From an uncultured Acidimicrobiaceae bacterium (GTDB taxonomy: Bacteria > Actinomycetota > Acidimicrobiia > Acidimicrobiales > RAAP-2), in NCBI GenBank assembly GCA_963699345.1, contig CAVOTL010000007.1:389352-453351 (forward strand): 64,000 nucleotides of DNA. The letters are read 5' to 3'. Under the pieces are notes generated by a model. That model saw only the letters and a list, made by a program, of their open reading frames with translations. It was not told the origin of the DNA and did not search any database. The position numbers were made by a program, and so were the translations under genes. This document shows, piece after piece, positions 61,680-64,000 of this stretch; the first letter of the stretch is position 1, and every line of letters starts with the position of its first letter.

Positions 61680-62843
61680 ATGTCCGGAGCCCATTCCCCC
61701 TCTCATCGACGCGCCGCTGCTTCGACCACCCGCCGGCGCCTGATCATCGCCGGTGTGGGTGTGCTCGTCGTGGCACTCGTGGCCGGAGCCACGGTGGTCA
61801 GTCGGTCCGGTCCCCGGGTGTCGGCCAGCCCGACCACGGCCCCGACCCCGCACGCCTCCACCTCCAAGCTCCCACTCGAGGTCGTCTCGGTCAGCCCGAC
61901 CGACGGCGCCACGGACGTCCCGAGTGACGCCAGCCTGACCGTCACCTACTCGGCGCCGCTGTCGGCTCACTCCCCCGCCCCGACCCTCGATCCGCCGGTG
62001 GCCGGGACGTGGCAGCAGGTCGATCCGACGACGATGACCTTCGTCGCCGCCGCCCCCCTGGTGCCTTCCAGCACCGAGACCATCACCGTCCCGTCGGGAC
62101 CCGGTGGTGTGCTCGGCCGGGACGGCAAGACGCTGGCCCAGGGGGCCACGGTCCAGTTCACCGTGGCCACCGGCAGCACCCTCCGCCTCCAGCAGCTCCT
62201 CGCCGAACTCGACTACCTCCCGGTCAGCTTCACCCCGGCCGGCCCCGTGACCGCTCCCCAGGAGCTGGCCCAGCCCCAGGAGGGGACGTTCTCGTGGCGC
62301 TTCAGCGAGCCCACCTCCCTCGTGTCGCAGTGGTCACCCGGGCTGTCCGGTGTGATCACCAAGGGCGCGGTCATGACCTTCGAGGACCAGCACGACCTGA
62401 AGGCCGACGGCGAGGCCGGTCCCGCCGTCTGGGGCCAGCTGCTCGCCTCGGCGGCCGCCGGCTCGGTGAACGCCGCGGCCTACAACTACGTGTACGTCTC
62501 CAAGACGCTGCCCGAGACGGCGACCGTCTACTCGGACGGCAAGGCCGTGTACTCGACGCTGGCCAACACCGGGGCGTCGTCGGTCCCCACCGCCGACGGG
62601 ACCTTCCCCGTGTTCGAGCACCTCACGTCGACCACGATGTCGGGCACGAACCCGGACGGCTCCAAGTACGTCGACCCGAACATCCCCTGGGTGAGCTACT
62701 TCAACGGGGGTGACGCGCTCCACGGCTACGTCCGGGCCTCCTACGGCTTCCCCCAGAGCGACGGCTGCGTGGAGATGCCCCCGGCCAACGCCGCCGTCGT
62801 CTTCCCGTACACGCCGATCGGCACCCTCGTCACCGTCAGCTGA
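61680..62843 (+). CDS. L,D-transpeptidase (YkuD domain) with N-terminal TM anchor and Ig-like domains
   Basis: ATG 61680 (the ORF track starts at GTG 61632). LIIAGVGVLVVALVAG anchor. Catalytic ..ALHGY..FPQSDGCVEMP. Confidence 0.85.
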   Translation: MSGAHSPSHRRAAASTTRRRLIIAGVGVLVVALVAGATVVSRSGPRVSASPTTAPTPHASTSKLPLEVVSVSPTDGATDVPSDASLTVTYSAPLSAHSPAPTLDPPVAGTWQQVDPTTMTFVAAAPLVPSSTETITVPSGPGGVLGRDGKTLAQGATVQFTVATGSTLRLQQLLAELDYLPVSFTPAGPVTAPQELAQPQEGTFSWRFSEPTSLVSQWSPGLSGVITKGAVMTFEDQHDLKADGEAGPAVWGQLLASAAAGSVNAAAYNYVYVSKTLPETATVYSDGKAVYSTLANTGASSVPTADGTFPVFEHLTSTTMSGTNPDGSKYVDPNIPWVSYFNGGDALHGYVRASYGFPQSDGCVEMPPANAAVVFPYTPIGTLVTVS

Positions 62844-62875
62844 CGGCGACGCTCAGCTGACAGCCGCCGTCCACC

Positions 62876-63124
62876 TCATCGAGCGGACGGGAACTGCGGC
62901 GGTCGGCGCTCCCGTACGGCCTGGATCCCCTCGGTGGCGTCCGGCCCGAGGAATCCCAGCATCTCGAGGGCCAGGGACTCGCCGAACACCGGGGCCGCCT
63001 GCAGCATCCACTGGTTCATGACCCGCTTCGTCCACTGGACGGCCGTGCGACTTCCCTGGGCCAGCCTGCCGGCGATGGCCAACGCCTCCTCGAGCACACG
63101 GTCGTCGGGCACGCAGCGGGTCAC
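62876..63124 (-). pseudogene. 3' fragment of an enoyl-CoA hydratase gene (5' two-thirds missing)
   Basis: ..CVPDDRVLEEALAIAGRLAQGSRTAVQWTKRVMN..EGIQAVRERRPPQF. Upstream in-frame sequence hits a stop, and similarity and GC content are lost at about 63135-63150. Confidence 0.7.
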
Positions 63125-63312
63125 GAGAACCTCGCGGTGGGTGCGAACCCGTGCGATTCAGGACGCATTTATGCAGGTCAGTCGAGCATTCGGGACCGAC
63201 GCGTGCGAACTCGGATGGGCCTGTATGAGCACGTCTGTCCAAGTTCTGATGACAAATCTCGATGACAGAACGACCTTCGGATTTACGGCCACATGGTCAT
63301 TATGAGGTCTTG

Positions 63313-63387
63313 TGGTTGCGGGGCCGGGACTCGAACCCGGGACCTAATGGTTATGAGCCATTCGAGCTGTCACTGCTCCACCCCGCG
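63313..63387 (-). tRNA. initiator-like tRNA-Met (anticodon CAT) with atypical D loop and anticodon stem; CCA encoded
   Basis: CGCGGGG..CCCCGCAACCA acceptor with the C1:A72 mismatch, GAGC/GCTC D stem, CTCATAA loop, AGGTC variable loop. The D loop is AGTGACA (no GG). The anticodon stem AATGG/CCATT has only two G-C pairs. Confidence 0.7.
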
Positions 63388-63405
63388 TAATGAGAGACTT
63401 GCATT

Positions 63406-63434
63406 ATTATGCAGATTTCCGCTGTTTTATGCAA
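63406..63434 (-). promoter_or_regulatory. near-consensus sigma-70-type promoter for the initiator-like tRNA
   Basis: Minus strand reads TTGCAT-17 nt-CATAAT. The -10 element ends 18 nt before the tRNA 5' end. Confidence 0.55.
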
Positions 63435-63539
63435 GCATGTCCGCTCGACGCCGGTTCGCTTGCCAGCCAATCCGAGGCGGATGTGCGGAGGCCGCAGTAG
63501 CGGTGGAAGACGGTGGGGACGGTGTCGGTCATGGATGCA

Positions 63540-64000
63540 TCATGGCCCGGGCCGGGGGTGGTCACCCGTTCCCGCCCGGGCCCGGGTGCCCCGTGCGACC
63601 ACCGCTTCGAGGAAGGCGGCGTACCGCTCGACGATCACGGGCCACCGGAACCGGCCGTCCACGTAGGCGCGTCCCCGGGCCCCGAGGTCGGCGGCGAACC
63701 CCGGGTCGGCGACCAGCCGGTCGACGGCCACCTCGAACTCGCCGTAGCCGTCGAAGCGCAGCCCACCGCCCGAACGCCGGCAGTGCTCGACGGTGGCGGC
63801 ACAGGCGGCGTTCACCAGGACCGGGGTCCGGGCGCTCCACGCCTCCGCCACCACCAGCGAGAACGCCTCCCACGGCGACGGCGACACCAGGGCCACCGCC
63901 CGGGTGAGCAGCTCCCACTTCACCGTCTCGGAGACCGGACCCACCACGTCGATCTCCGGGTGGTCGGGGGGCGCCTCGACCACCGGGCCGGCCACCACCA
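63540..64000 (-). CDS. glycosyltransferase (GT-B, GT1/GT4-like), C-terminal part; continues beyond the right edge
   Basis: ..ALVSPSPWEAFSLVVAEAWSARTPVLVN.. in ORF 63540..63998. No start is present inside the window. Confidence 0.7.
   Translation of the reverse strand, partial: VVAGPVVEAPPDHPEIDVVGPVSETVKWELLTRAVALVSPSPWEAFSLVVAEAWSARTPVLVNAACAATVEHCRRSGGGLRFDGYGEFEVAVDRLVADPGFAADLGARGRAYVDGRFRWPVIVERYAAFLEAVVARGTRARAGTGDHPRPGP

Overview
Very GC-rich chromosomal segment of actinobacterial type. This is judged from the protein families, frequent GTG starts, and many 4-nt GTGA/ATGA stop-start overlaps; the exact taxon cannot be proven from the sequence.

Core content:
- Regulators: TetR, LysR and an ECF sigma factor.
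- Redox enzymes: two peroxiredoxin types, two LLM/F420-type oxidoreductases, a nitroreductase, and VOC and PhyH proteins.
- Envelope genes: murT-gatD, three PlsC-type acyltransferases, an L,D-transpeptidase, GT4 and mscL.
- glnD.
- Four tRNA genes: Val-CAC, Val-GAC, Cys-GCA and an atypical initiator-like Met-CAT.

Two accessory regions stand out:
1. 8180-16769 is a graveyard of mobile modules. It holds an RHH-MazF toxin-antitoxin pair, a decayed IS3, a tandem tyrosine-recombinase pair with an HTH gene, and RepSA-like/Xis-like/integrase genes. It is bracketed by a 20-nt direct repeat and lies next to tRNA-Val(CAC).
2. About 49.4-55.9 kb is a visibly lower-GC segment. It is bracketed by an imperfect direct repeat that contains the 3' half of tRNA-Val(GAC), and it carries only decayed cargo.

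Other items worth a second look:
- An 816-aa secreted protein made of near-identical 120-bp repeats fused to a beta-lactamase-like domain.
- A TetR-controlled five-gene lipid-type cluster: acyl-CoA reductase/HAD, Zn-ADH, LarA-like, PlsC.
- An ERCC4-nuclease/Lsr2-DNA-binding fusion next to a DUF222-HNH gene.
- An initiator-like tRNA with a near-consensus promoter in an AT-rich patch.

Caveat: many conserved genes are split over 2-3 reading frames by +/-1 shifts. The shifts I could localise sit at G/C homopolymer runs. Gene boundaries for those genes were rebuilt by eye and are approximate. I cannot tell assembly error from real decay without reads.
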